Positions 22,075 through 35,796 are shown, counted from the whole stretch's first letter. The stretch is 63,140 nt of DNA, filler included, from Pelomyxa schiedti (GCA_020536535.1; 5 parts of 5 records of this genome joined end to end with filler, not necessarily neighbours in it); one strand, 5' to 3'. Numbers and translations are program-made. The notes: a model not told the origin generated them from the letters alone.

Positions 22075-24175
22075 ATGGCTTCAGCAGTTGCCACCACGTC
22101 GACAAACACGACTACTACAACAAGTGTTAGGGGGGGAGGTCTTGGGCACTATGATCTGGTCACGAGGTGGCTGGAGTGGCAGGGCGTAGACCAACCATTC
22201 CGTGTTTTGATAGCGGGGGTGTGTGGTTCGGTTGCGTTCAACACCGCGTTGCCGGGCGGCGCCAGTGACACTGACTATCTCGCGTATGTGCGTGGAATAT
22301 GGTGGAGTGGAGGAACACAACACACCACAAAAACATAGATCCAAGCGCCAAGTTTTGTGCTTACTCTTTGCTTTTATTTGCTGCCAATATATAGAGTGTA
22401 TGCTCCAGATATGTCCAAAGTCGTGGGGTTGGCACCCTATGCTCGTTCCCTTATGTCTGCTGAGGGAGACCTTAAACCAAAGGCAACAGGGGGCATACGT
22501 CCGGGCTCTGAGCAGTTCTCTGATTGTGACATGTGTGTTTATGATGCAGGAAAGTACGCCGAGCTTCTCATGAAGGGAAATCCTAAAGTGATTGAACCTT
22601 TGTTTGCTGGTATAACTCCCCCTTGGATTTTTTTTCAAAGTTTTGTTAATCTTGTTTATTAAAGAAAGAACATTTGAATTTGAGGAAGCTGGCACTGCTT
22701 TCCTTCTTGCCAATCGGCGAGCATTCCTTAATAAAACCACTGCTAGGCAGTACATAAGCTATGCCCATAATAAATTGGCCACTCATGCAAAGAGTGCCTC
22801 CAGCAAAGATCTTTATCATGCACTGCGTCTAGCATCGGAGGCCACTCGTATTGTTAACAATCAAGAACCCCTGGTATTTTTGCCAACTTGAAACCCCTTT
22901 TTTTGGCAGGCATTTATTCTAAAGCAGGTTTTTATGACAGGTGAACTTAGGGAAGAACTTATGGCAATAAGAAGAGGAGAGATACAACATACTGTTGTTG
23001 TACCACGTGTCCAAGATATGCTTATAAAAGCAGAAGCCCTTCTGTCCTCTGAGGCAACAGCTTCTATGCCCGAATCAGTGAGTGTAGAGGTTCTCAATGA
23101 GTGGCTGGCTTCTGTATACAATGTTAAAACCATCTCCGAATTTCCTCCTGTGTATACTCTCCAGTTTGTTTTGAGTAACTCAATTATTACCAGGACTCAT
23201 GAACTCGCAAATCTTGCCAAAAGTAAATTGACAGAGTTAGGAATTACGGGAACTGTGTTGTATTGTGGTCTTTCTGGTAGTTTTGCACAAGGTGTCATGG
23301 GTATGTGGCCACTGAAAAGGGAACACCTTTCTTATGCCCTACAGGGGAAACAAGTACCCGTGATTTTATTGGCGTTTATGCACAAACTACAAAATTGGCT
23401 ATTTCACTCACTCCAACACCAGCAATTTTGCACTTTCCCTTATCTGGCACTCCAAGTACAAATAATAATTACAACTCATCATTGATATCTAAAAGTGGTA
23501 TGACTCTTTCTACTTTACTCGTATCAAATTACTTTCAATAGGCTTGGTTTTAGTGGAGGCTAAAGCTGCAGCTCAACTTTTAGCCTGTGGTTCACCCCGT
23601 CTGTTAGATGCCCTTTATTTTAACGACCAAGACACGGCCTATCATTCCGATGAGTGGACTGCGTTGGTTAATGTGAGTTAGAGAATGTTCACACGAAAAA
23701 AGTAATGTGTCCAAGATGCGAACCACGTTTCTCTCACCAGTAGCTATTCTACACTGTGCAAATGTGGCTTCCGCCCAAGCTTCTGTTGCCGTGAAAACTA
23801 GCAACCCTAAACTACTCATGATAGCAATGCGACTGTTGTTAATGGCAGAACATATGGTCTGAGACCCGCCGCTCTTACTCCTCACTCACCCGTTCCAGGT
23901 ACAACAAAAAGCCCCTATTCTAAAGGATCCTGCTACCGTGGCATCACTACTCAGCATTCGCAACACCACTAGCGCCCCGGCATTTTCCAGCATATGTGCA
24001 GATATCAAGGTTTGAACCCTTCTCCTTCTCGTTTTCACTCAAATATACACAGACAAGAGCGGCCGCCTGTGTGACTGCCACGCACCGCATGGACAAACAA
24101 AGCGAAAAAACTCGCGAGCTTTCTATGAAGATAAGGCTAGACGATTGGCTTTTAATCTTAAGAATGGGCCATTGA
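22075..24175 (+). CDS. Internally duplicated RlaP/COG3541 (YcgL)-like nucleotidyltransferase (Pol-beta superfamily), multi-exon
   Basis: Repeat 1: AGVCGSVAFNTALPGGASDTDYLAVY...YDAGKYAELLMKGNPKVIEPL...LYHALRL...LNEWL. Repeat 2: CGLSGSFAQGVMGETSTRDFIGVY...EAKAAAQLLACGSPRLLDAL...IAMRLL...LDDWL. Confidence 0.75.
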
Positions 24176-24255
24176 ATGGCTTTTTTCCCCTCTCTCTCAA
24201 TGTGGAGAAATTTGTTTGTTGTGCTTTTGTAACCGATCCCAACAGTTCAGAATGG

Positions 24256-27200
24256 TTATAAAGTGCTCTCAATTGACTGACTGATTGCGGATGCCATGTT
24301 GTTGCCCAGGCACATCCACATTTCTTCTAGCTGTTTGGCATTGACTATACTGAGTGTACTTTGTTCGAATATATTAGGGTAAAAAAAAGTAGGTTTTTTT
24401 TGCATACGGTTGTATGGTGAGAATTGACTGCATTAGAACTTGTGTTTCCTCCTGTCCATAAACTGAAGGCCGGGCTTGTGGTTTGTTACAATTGAAAAGT
24501 GTAGCTTGGCTATCTTACCTGTCAAGTGAGGAATTGCTTCCTTTAGGAGGGCAAAGGCAAATCGGTCCGGTACGATATTGGATTTAAACATACTAAGTAG
24601 CACTTTCGAATGCATTTTGTAGTCACTGGATGAATCTGTTAAAAATGTGTAGAGGGAGCTAGTGGGGGCACACACTTGGATTTATGTGCCTTCCGAAGTT
24701 GGCTATACTGAGCTATAAAGTTGAGTGTTGTATCAGCTGTTGTGAGGGAACTAATTGCATCAGCAGCGGAATGCAAAGAGTGGTCTTGCTGTGAATCTGT
24801 AACCGGCCGATATTAGTTTGTTGGTGGGCTTAGCACTAAACACGGGTTACCTAAGGCTAGATCGTCAGGGAACTTGGCTATCATCTCACTGACCATCTGT
24901 ATGAGCAATTGGGAGGGGTGTCCTTGTGGTGATGTAATACTACTAGCCCAGGCAAACGAAGCACCGGCGTTTCCAGTCTCAGCCATGGTCCTGCTCATAA
25001 CCTGAGTATGTTAAGTCTGAGGCATTGGAGCAAAGAAATTACCCTCTTTATATGAGTGTCATTACTCTTAAAGCGCTGGCACAGGCTTAGAAGAGCAAAC
25101 CCTTCATTTTCGGTTTGAGGGTGACATTGGTCTGCCAGCTGCGCGCAGGTAAAAAAATAACTAAACCACGACAATATTGGATGTAAAATGCAAAGTACCC
25201 ACAAGTTGAATATAAGATCCCACTGCTGTAGTATCATCAAGGATGCAGGGTAGATAGGACAAGGCAAGTGGGAACAGAGATGCATCTCCACAACATGACA
25301 GACAAAAATCGAGAAGGTACTGTTGGCGGCAGTTAACTACCACACCTCCCCTTCTCAAGTTAGCAGATTGAAACCTCAGAAGAAACTCACTTTTCTTTGG
25401 GAGGTATCAGGTTGCAGTGGTAGAATAAATCGGCCATATGAGCAATAACCCAAATTGGAAATATAAGGTGTCCCGTGTACAGTACCTGAGTAATCATTAG
25501 TTTTGTATTGATTATCTCTTCGCAGTACTGCTGAAGCATCCATTCTGATAATGTTCACAAAAACTGTATTTTCTGGTTCAAAGTTATCTCCTTTTGGCAG
25601 CATTTCCCTTGGAAAGTTTATTGTTACTGATGGAGAAAAATCGTGATCACCTCAATGCTTGACGTGTGGTATATGGATTGCTGAAAATGAGTTTAGCCAA
25701 AATTAAGTCAATCCAAGTCTCTGATTCTTCCTCAAGTGCCTCCAGATTTCCCATCAAAATTGATAAAAGTCTTGAGATCACAGGGTCTTCAGTGACAGGG
25801 CATTTCACGCGACTTTACATATAAACATAAAATTTTATAGAAAAATGCTTACCTACAACTTTTCCTCCAAGAGTCGTGAACAGATTTATCACATGTCATT
25901 GGATCAAGAGGCATTGTATTCACCAGTCTCTTTTTTTTTTTTGGTTGGGAAAATCAGACAGTGATAAATTATACCTCTATCTCTTGGAGAAGTGGACTGG
26001 ATTTAAAGCGTGAGTGTCGCTTCAGAAGTGAAGATACAGCCTTCATGTCTCCTTGAAGAAGCGATCTTTTTTTGTTCCTGGATTACTTATCCACTTTGAA
26101 ATAAAAGCTAGTACTTGAAAAGAACTGGTTTATAAGCGGTATGTGCCTCAACAGATCCAGTGGGGGGAATATCAGAGAGTCTGGCGCCTTGCTCAGAGTT
26201 AGTTTCAGGAAACAACCTAAGTTACAGCACCTGGGAAATTATTCTTAAACCACAAAAGGAAGTGTGGAAGAACGTAATCCAGCTTGGGTTTTGCCTTGGA
26301 ATCCACTGGAGATACTTCCGGCTGTGGTTGGAAAAACATAACATCTGCTAGGCCCCACAAAATTTCTGCATACTTGTGCTCCCAATGAGAAATATTTATT
26401 AAAGCTTCAAATTTCGACTTACTTTGTAATTTGTAATTTCTTGCTCATATAAGACAGTGGAGTGTTGTCCCAAATGCGGTGCTGGGTCTGCCTAACTTCA
26501 GTCAGCTTTTTTCTGTCAATGAAGGAAGCATACAGATGCCTCTGCAAGGGCCTCAGTGAAACGTAACTTGGCTGCACTTATTAGAGCTCTTGGGATCATA
26601 AGGACATATTGAGTAAATGACTATGTGAACCTGTAGACTCGTGAAGCGTGGCATACCAATGTTTTCATCTCTCCTTGTTTGGTGGCAATTTTGTGTTGTA
26701 ATTCCAGAAATCCCATCGCCGCTTCACATATTACCTGCACTTTATTAGGTTAACAAGAAAGGTGCGAGAATCACTAACTGGCTTGATTGGTTTGAGGTAC
26801 ATTTTCTGTGAGATACATAAAATTTCCGAAGGGGCTATTAATTATAGAGTAAGTAAGGAGGATATTTTTCCCAATGCTTCACTTGTTGGTTGTGTGAAAG
26901 TTATTTCCAACCTATTTTCGCTCTGTATTCAACCCAATTCTAAAGAGAATAGTCATGCATGGGACAACAGGAGGAAAGGGAGGGCATGCTTAATTAATTA
27001 GTCTCCATCCTACCTTGTATCCCTTTGATAGGAGTAGTCTGGATATGATTTTATCACTAAGCTGCGGGGAAAACATTGGAGAGGTAGGATTTGGCATTTT
27101 TGCAGGAGCCTCATCCCTGTGCCGGAAAATTCCAAATTGCGTAGAACTGAACCAAGAGCAGCACCTTCGGCCACAACAAATGCCCCCAGGAGGGCCAGCT

Positions 27201-27994
27201 GAAATCGACGACGAGGGTGAGGAAGCATATTTCAACCCTGATGATGATGATGTTGGTGTTGACATCGAGGACGATGTTGTCGGGGGTGCGGTGGGTGACC
27301 CAAACACGGTTATGGGAGTCAATTTCGAGGTCGACGACGCGGTTGGCGTGGACAGTGACGGCGACGACGACAACAACGACGAGGACGAGGAGGCCGACGA
27401 AGCCGTAGGAAAGAAAATTGTGGGAAGAGGTTCCGCTGCTCCCCGGGACAGCGACGGCGACGGCGACGAGGTGTTGGCAGGCATCGCGAAGGCAGAAGAA
27501 AACAACGAAGGGGGCGGCGCAGCGGCGGAGGAGGACGAGGAAGTCGGCGAAGAGAAGGAGCCAGAGGCAGAGCCAAAGCCAAAGCCAGACGCAGCGGCAG
27601 AGGCATCGGATTTGCTGCTCGCGGTGGAAAACGACGAGGCCGGGGGAGTAGCTGACGAGGCGCCGAACAGCAGGGGCGGCGGGGCCGGGGACCAGAATAC
27701 GCCCGACATCGGGGGGGCGCGGGCGACTTCGACGACGAAACGACGAAAGGAGCCGCGAAGGGACCCGTGCCCGTGCCCGTGGGGGGGCCTTGGCGACGGC
27801 GGTGCGATGTTAGAAGGGAGCCACGGGGACCAGAAGGTGCGGTGGAGAACAGAGGGAGGGGAGCGGCATGGCGGCGGTGGTGGTGGTGGTGGAGGAGGAG
27901 TTGTGGTGGCCGGTGGGAACACGAACGGGAACGCCATCGCTGCCGATTTGTTTGTTGTTGCCTTTGTAAATCTGCTAGGGTAATTAGTAGCCAT
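24256..27994 (-). CDS. NUP85: Nucleoporin Nup85-like protein with long low-complexity N-terminal extension, many exons
   Basis: YLLDFCLSCCGDASLFPLALSYLPC, CHPQTENEGFALLSLCQRF and MAETGNAGASFAW parallel the Nup85 C-terminal solenoid as I recall it (SLWQLGVDYFDYC, PLNTEQKALKVLRIC, RLGSALSW); ends ...ASAISQSIESTL*. Confidence 0.6.
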
Positions 27995-28127
27995 CGGAGC
28001 TTGGATTCAGGCCCTTCCCATGGGCAGCTCGTAACACTCACCCAAGATGTGGGTCTGAGTGGTCAAAGGGATGGTTACCTGGTGCCACTGAGTTTTTTCC
28101 AGAATCGATTCGCATACGCGTATCGTG

Positions 28128-30633
28128 ATGGGTAGTGTGGCCAGAGAGAGGACGATGTTCGCCGACGAAATGCGGCTGAGATTGAGGCAGGCTCAGTCCT
28201 TGCCAGGGTAAGTAAGGCCCCACCTTTTTTTTTTCCCTCCCTCTTGGCCCTGAGTAGACTTTTTCGGTCAAACAAACAAACCAAACAAGGCCAGAGGATG
28301 ATGAATACAGTGGGTTGGTGGGGATATTGGACAACTTGGAAGATTACAGCTGGGACACTGAGGCTTACACCAAGGCTGCTCTATCTGCCTTCAATCCGGC
28401 AGATACTGTAGTGCTACATCCCCATTTATATATATAGAAATATATTTGCTTTTTTTCACCTCTCCACTTCTCTACTTTTTGTTGACTGTTTAGCAACCCA
28501 CATTTTGGGGATTCTCTCCTTTGGGTTTTTTCCCCTTCCCCTTTTGAATAGATGCCTTCAAGACTGCCTCTCGTGAAGACTCTAGATGAATTCAAACAAA
28601 ATTTCAACCTTTTCACGTATATGAACTTCTCCTGTGTAAGATTATGACACTCTTTTCCCTCTTCTTTTTTTGGGGTGCAGTGCCTGGCGGCTTGAAGGAA
28701 TGTCTTGGGACAATATATGTGTTGCTGGTGGGGCTGTATTATGCTCTATGACCGACCTCACAAAATCGAGATCAATTCCTATCTCTTCACCACAACAGAT
28801 TATGGCTGCACAGCTGGATGAATTTCCTTCAAGTGATATTGATATCTTCCTCTATGGGCTTACATATGAGGTGGATTTGATTCTTCTGCATTCTATTTGA
28901 CAACATATTAGGAGGCAGCCAAAAAAATACTAGAAATTCACGAGCACTTACGACACTCCTGTATTGCTGCTAAACACGATTCCGTTTCCGCGGGCCGCCT
29001 TTCTCTTGTATTTTCCTACGTATTTTTTTTCCTCCCTCAGTGTACTGCAAGTCCTGGGAATGTGGAGCACCACTTCGAAAAGTGCAAGTCGTTCTGCATA
29101 TCTATAAAACACTATCTCACATAGCAGCGTCCTTTGATTTGGATTGTGCATCACTTTTGTATGATGGCTGTGATGTCTGGGGCTTACCCAAGGCTATAAG
29201 AGCCTTAAATACGGGTTTTAACATTCTGAATTCTCATGTATTCACTATTGAGACCACAAGGATAAAGTATCCCAAGAACATGTTACCAAATAGTAACTGT
29301 TCCAAGAAAATATCAGGAAAGGGGGTATCAAACCTGCTTTCCGTGGTTTGGCCTTTATGAAATGTCACAGTATGATGTAGAGCAGAATTTATCACTTAAT
29401 GTATACCTTTGTCTTCTCCTGACGCACTCTTATTTTTCTCTAAGCATCTCTCTTGGCGAACATCACCTAGTAGAGGGAAGAAATTCACCGTTTTTTGTGA
29501 CCAGGATTGCGTACTCCACAAACAGCAACTATTGGCATTTTCCTGTGCATTCCACCAAAGATGTGGCCTTTCAAGTCCCGCCAGGCATTTATCCAAGGTA
29601 TTATCCCTGTTACTCAATATGAACTCAATCTCTTAGCACACAGCCCTTCATATTTTCCAGTTTGTGTTACCACCATCAGAACCAAACACAATTTGCACTG
29701 CTAGTAGTTCAGAGCCTATGCAAAGCATTCCATCTTTGTACTATGACGACATTCCAAAACGCAATCTTCGAGTTGAAAGTAATGGAACGCTTACAAAGGC
29801 GTTTTTGGAGTACGTCACAAGTACGGCATTGAAGCCCCCTAGGGAGTTACCTATATCTTATGAACGAGCGAATTCCGATTTCCAGTTTCTTATCTCCGAT
29901 AAGGCCTACAACCATTCAGAGCACCTCCTTCGTGTAAATTTCCCCACCCCAATCTAAAATACCACTATGCACACTAACAACGGGCCAGGTAACATTCCCC
30001 AGGAAAGTTCTCATAAATGTTCCAACAGTTTCCTTGGATGTTGGATACGGCACGCTCGAACTAACATTCCGAGCACTGACCAGCCCACCCACCTCCATCC
30101 CCCCAACATCAACTCGCGGCTGCTGCACCCACCACCGCAGCACCGCCATCAGTACCACCAGCAGCAACTCCAATCCCAACACCACGAGCAGTAGCAGCAG
30201 CAAGAACAACAATAACAGCAGCAGCAGCAACCGGAACAGCAACAACGACAACAACCAAACTTGCCCCCTTTCTGGTGGGACTAGTGGTAAGAACCAGTCG
30301 TGCTTGTATCTTACCTGTAAGTTCATTCCAATGGAGCCAGATATAGCATTGGAAGAAGCAGAGACCACTTCCATTGTGTTCATGGCTACCTTCTACAACT
30401 TCAGCGACTCCCATAATTGCCTGCGGGTGCAGTTGGCGCAGAATGCAGAGACCCCTTCCGCCTCTTGGTCTGTCAACTTGGGACTTCTCTCTCAGTTGGT
30501 GGAGCCACAGCCCGGCGGATTCTTGTTCTCGGAACCAGATCCATCGAACAAGTCAGTATCCCACTGCCTCATGTCAATATCCGCAATGTGCACCAATTCC
30601 AGGCCCTCAGGGCATCGTGTCTCGTCAACCTGA
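28128..30633 (+). CDS. Uncharacterised nucleotidyltransferase-like protein of the family seen in fungi and giant viruses (5' end approximate)
   Basis: LVKTLDEFKQNFNLF...MSWDNICVAGGAVL...SSDIDIFLYGL...PLRKVQVVLHIY...SFDLDCASLLYDG...PKAIRAL...KYQERGY; additional C-terminal region with a Ser/Asn tract. Confidence 0.65.
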
Positions 30634-30712
30634 GGAATTCCCCGGCGAAGTTGTCAAAATATTGCCATCGCGTTCATAACGACACTATTGATTCATTTTC
30701 TATAAAAAAAAA

Positions 30713-31929
30713 ATGTTTTCTGGTGCTGCGGGTTTCGGTGAGCGGGTAGGGAGGTGTCGTAATGCTGAAGTTAACGTTTGTATAGGCAATGCGCCCGTAT
30801 GCAGGTTACTGTGTGCCGTCACTGTACTTGTCACCATCTCTGTGATTTTGACAAACTCACGAAACAAGTTCAACCTGGGTATCTCGAAGCCCTCCACTGT
30901 TTTTTCCCTCAACTCGTCCAGATATGAGGGCCTTCACGGAGCTGGAGGTGTGGCGGTTGTTCACTAACGTTTGGTTTGTTACGTCACCACCCGAACTCAT
31001 TTTGAGCCTTGTATTGGTATCTTCCTCGCATTTTCACGTGCGACGTAACGATTTCCAGCTCTATTTTGCAAGGACATTTGAGCGCATGATGGGCTCAATC
31101 AAGTTTGTTGTGTTGATACTAGTGTCATTTCTTATAGGACTGTTCACCCAGATTGCGGCTATCACTTTATTCTCACGCTACCAGCTTGTTTTAGAAAATG
31201 GACCGTGTGCTTTTCCCCAATGCCTCATTGTTGTCGTATCTCCAATGAACATTCTTTTAGAGCCACATTGCTATACAGTTTTGCTGTGTTGTATTACTAT
31301 GAGGTGCCGGTTGCATATCACTTTAGATTCCTGAGTATACCGCTCCATGACAAATATTTTGTATATTTATTATTTGCTCAGGTATAAGTGGAAAGCCTAA
31401 ACAAAATCTTGTTTTCATGTTATTGTAGTTGTGCTTGTATGGACTGCCTGGATCAATTGTTTCTGCGATAGGAGGAATCTCTGCCTGTATGGTGTACCGG
31501 TCCCATATATTTGGGCTGTCTGAGTATGAGCCCCCTGCACTATTAACCAGGTGCTTTGACGGGATAATCTCGTTATTAAATCCGGCTCCTCCTCCAGTCG
31601 CCCTCCCCGTCCCTCCACCACCCACAGCTGCCGTTCCTGTTCCTTCGGTGAGTCTTCCTTGCAGTTGTTCATCAACTGACTTGACTTTAGCCTCAACCGC
31701 CAGTACCAAGTGCTGCCGCAGCAGCTAATTCTGCACCCCCAGTGCCACGTATTCCCCAACCTGATCAAGCCTCAATAGGTTTGGTTCCTTTTCCCATTCT
31801 TTCTTCCTTAATTCGCTGCCAGATGCCCTGACGAGCATGGGCTTTGACGAAAGCACTGCAAAAGCTGCACTCCAGCACTGTAACAATGATTTGCACATGG
31901 CAACCAACATGTTGTTAGATAAGGATTAA
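30713..31929 (+). CDS. UBAC2: UBAC2/Dsc2-like rhomboid pseudoprotease with C-terminal UBA domain
   Basis: MFSGAAGF|NAPVCRLL start, EVWRLFT, FERMMGSIKF, LYYYEVPVAYHF, and UBA ALTSMGFDESTAKAALQHCNNDLHMATNMLL. Confidence 0.75.
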
Positions 31930-32090
31930 AATACAAAAGGAACCTCAACACTGAACCCAATTCTTCTTGACTGTGTTTTCCTGCTAATGGCTGCAGTCTA
32001 AAATCGTTACGCCAGTCACCAGTCTCGTAAAACAAAAAAAAATGCATCAAAACAAAAGAAAGTAAGAAAGGGAAAAAAAAAGAAGCCGCG

Positions 32091-35000
32091 ATGACAACGA
32101 CTCCGTCAACAGCCACGTCGACAGCAAACACAACCATAATCACGCCTGCGCCGATGCAAGGCCTGTCGGTAACGGGCGGCACGTCCAAGAGGCGTCAGTA
32201 CCCACAGGCCATCTACACGGCCGTGTCACCTTCGTTGTCGACTGCCCCGCCCTTGACCCAACAAAACACAACTACCTCCCGTTTGGCCCCGATGGCGATG
32301 CCGGTGTCGTCGACGATCCCGCCCGTGATACAGCCACCGTTTGCAACCACGCCAGGCAGTGCTTATGGGACGGCGAGGCCGTCCCTGCCGATTCTACAGC
32401 CACAACAGACTCCCCTGGACCAACCAAATGCCAACCCAAATGCAACTGCGCAAGACATTTCAGCTACGTCATCACCTGCCCAAACACTACAAGCCCCAAC
32501 ACCAACACCCACGAGAGGCAGGATAGAAGTTAGCCAGATGCCAAATCCCTCGTGTATTGACACTAATCCTAGTGTGTGATCTGATCACTTTTTTTTTTTT
32601 AAATTTAAAATTTAGTTGAGATTGTATTTTTAGGATTACTTTAAATTTCCTTTTTTTTTCCCCTCCCTCCCAATTGAGGTAGTAACTAATGTCACCTACA
32701 AGTTATCTATCGTACTTCACAGGGTTATCCTCCTTCTTCACAACAACCGGCAGTTCTTATTGATGACGCAAACTGCAGTCCCCGGTTTATGCGCCTTACA
32801 ACCTACCAATTCCCGGCTACAGCTGATTTGGCCTCTGCTTGTGGCATCCCTTTGGCGGCCGTCATAACGCCATTGGCAACAATGGGTGCAAATGTGTGTG
32901 TCTTTGGACAACCAATGTTAGAGCCAATTTCCAATTTGTATTTAACAATAATAATCCAATGCGCGACACTGCTAACTTTCACTAGGAAAGTGTGCCACTA
33001 GTTGATCATGGCAAAGATGGCCCTGTTCGTTGTGCACGTTGCCGGGCGTACATAAATCCATTTGTTAAATTTGGTGCTGGAGGAAGAGAGTACATGTGCA
33101 AGATGTGTGGCATGGTCAACCAAGGTATAACCTAGCAGTAAAATACACCCGTTTAACTTGTACTCCAGTTCCAGAGTTCTTCTTCAGTCCACTGGAAATT
33201 GATGGCCAAAGGGCAGATCATCAAGCTCGCCCCGAGTTATCTCGCGGAACAGTGGAATATGTCGCTTCCAACCCAGTAAATTTTCTTTTTTTTACCAGTC
33301 AAGTACTCAATGAAGTTTTAGATGTACATGTCACAAGGAAGAGTGTTACAACCAGGAGCGTTCCTGTTTGTAATTGACATCACAGATCAGGCAGTATCAT
33401 CAGGCATCACAGCTGGTGTGATTGCCTGTTTAAAGGCTATTCTTGCTGATTTGCCACCAAGTTTCCCGGCTAGTGTTGGATTTTTGACGTATGGTAGCCA
33501 AGTTCATTTCTGGGACTTGACTGTGTGTACTTTTAATACGTGATTCTATTAGCTAAGACGGTCTTTTTTAAGGTGCCTGACAAGCCCAGAATGATAGTGG
33601 TACCAGACGTAGAAAATGTATTTGTGCCTCTTCACAGTGGAATTTTCGTGAAGTATGTTTGGTGAACTACAGCAGACTTTCATTTACTTTCTGCAAGACC
33701 AAATGACCCGAGGGTGCCCTTATTTTTGGACAAGCTTGTTTTGGTTTCCACTAAAATAAAGGACACCTCCTCAACACTTGGTGCTGCACTAGCCGCTGCA
33801 GCAGCTGCACTTGTAAGTTATATGCCTTTCTTTCAAACCTCTAATTAATGCAGAAACCAATTGGTGGAAAAATTCTAGCCTTCCATTCTTCAATGCCTGT
33901 TACAAGCCCAGGGCCACTGAAAGTCCGTGAGTCCCCAAAAATCTTTGGTACAGAAAAAGAAAAAGTCCTGTTTACATCCCAGGTATTTGTGAGATTTTCC
34001 TTTTTTACTTTTGTTTTCCTCAACCCTTCTTAGACAACGTTTTACCATGAGCTGGCCACACAGTGCCAGGCATCCAAGACAGGAATAGACTTGTTTGTAT
34101 TCTCGCAACAAACCTATATGGACATAGCGACTCTCGGTTGGTCCTGGTCTCTTGTTTCCTGAATTTATTTTTTTTAGGTGATGCGTTCCGGCTCAGTGGT
34201 GGTCAACTCTTTTATTATGACGGTACTGGAATGGAAAATCAATTTTTTTCTCTTTCTCTGAACAAACACAGACAGGGACTTGTTATGGAATCTTCGAGCC
34301 TTCAATGCTGATTTACTTCATTCTTTAACTCGAACAACGGGTTATGATGCAGCCCTCAGAGTGAGAACAAACAATGGTTTTTTTCTTTCTTATTTCGTGC
34401 TTTTCCTTGTTAACAGTTCACACGCATAGGGTTGACAGTATCGGGGTATCATGGGCACATGGCACCCTCCCGTAATGGGACTGACATTGAACTTGCTGCA
34501 GTTGATAGTGACAAAACACTTCTAGTTTTTCTGAAGCATGAAGAAAAACTTGAGGAGAGATCTGATGCCATTATACAATGCGCCATATTGTGTGTGGCTC
34601 ACTGTGATCATTTTCCTTTAACACGCTCTAAGATACACAACAATGGCTGGGGAGAGGCGAATCCGAGTACACACCCTTGGTGTTCCCGTAGTGGCGGAAC
34701 ACTCACCAGTTTTCAAAGGTGCCGATCTCGACGCTCTGGTTTGTGTTAACGCTCACCGTGGTAAGTGGGTATCTCTTCCTACATTTTCTAACAGGTGTCA
34801 GCTGCGGATTTAGTCCTATCTGCTAAATATAACACGGTTTCTGGAATCATTTTGGATTCCACTGTCCAGGTATTGCCCTTCAGTTTATTATTTTCTCTTA
34901 TTTTCTGTAATTAGACTCTTGCCATGTATCGCAAGCACTGTGCCACCTCCACAAACGCAGGTCAATTAATTTTGCCTGAATCATTGAAGTTACTACCTAT

Positions 35001-35796
35001 TTTCACATGTGCCCTCCTCAAATCACCCATGCTCCTTTCTGGTAGTGCTCTCCCTTAAAATAACCTGAAGTTGATTACTTCCTGTAGGTAAGTCTTCAGA
35101 TTTACGTTGCCAGAGAGCATCCATCTTTAAATCCTCCACACCAGAAGTTGTTGTTGCCATGCTGTACCCTCGAGTCTTTCCCCTTCATATCTTGTGCCAG
35201 AATCAACCTGACAGCGACGGTACAGTGCCCACTAGATTACCTCCTGTGTGTCGATTGGCACGAGATTACATTACCAATGATGGTGCATACCTACTTTATG
35301 ACGGCACTCAACTCTTGGTCGGTTTCACTTCCATACTTGCAACGGTGACTTGTTCCAGATTTACATTATGCACAATACACCACCTGAAGTTCTTGAAACT
35401 CTGTTTGGTACAACTTCTGTAGTAGACATGCCCACAGCCGAGGTGCGGCCAATTAAACATTCAGTCATACAATCATTAACCTATTTCCCCCTGAAACGAC
35501 AGTTATGTCAAAACTTCTGCCGGTGCACCTATAGTGGAAGCTCCCCCATTCTACCTTTACTGCAGTCCATTACTGAACACCATGGTCACAGCCAGCTTCC
35601 ATTACATGTACGCTACTTCTTTTCTCCTCATTTGAAGAGGAACTCACAAAACACTAAGGTGGTTGTTGCTGGGACTGTGGGTTATGATGGTCTGTTTATA
35701 TCAAGGCTTGTGGAGGACAAAGTTGATGGAGAAAATCCTTCATTCATGGATTTCTTGTGCCAGTTGCACAAACTTATCCACCACAAGTTACAATAG
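32091..35796 (+). CDS. SEC24: COPII coat protein Sec24 (Sec24C/D type), multi-exon
   Basis: PRFMRLTTYQFP, zinc finger PVRCARCRAYINPF...CKMCGMVN, RPELSRGTVEYVA, trunk domain FVIDIT, C-terminal LVEDK...SFMDFLCQLHK. Confidence 0.95.
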
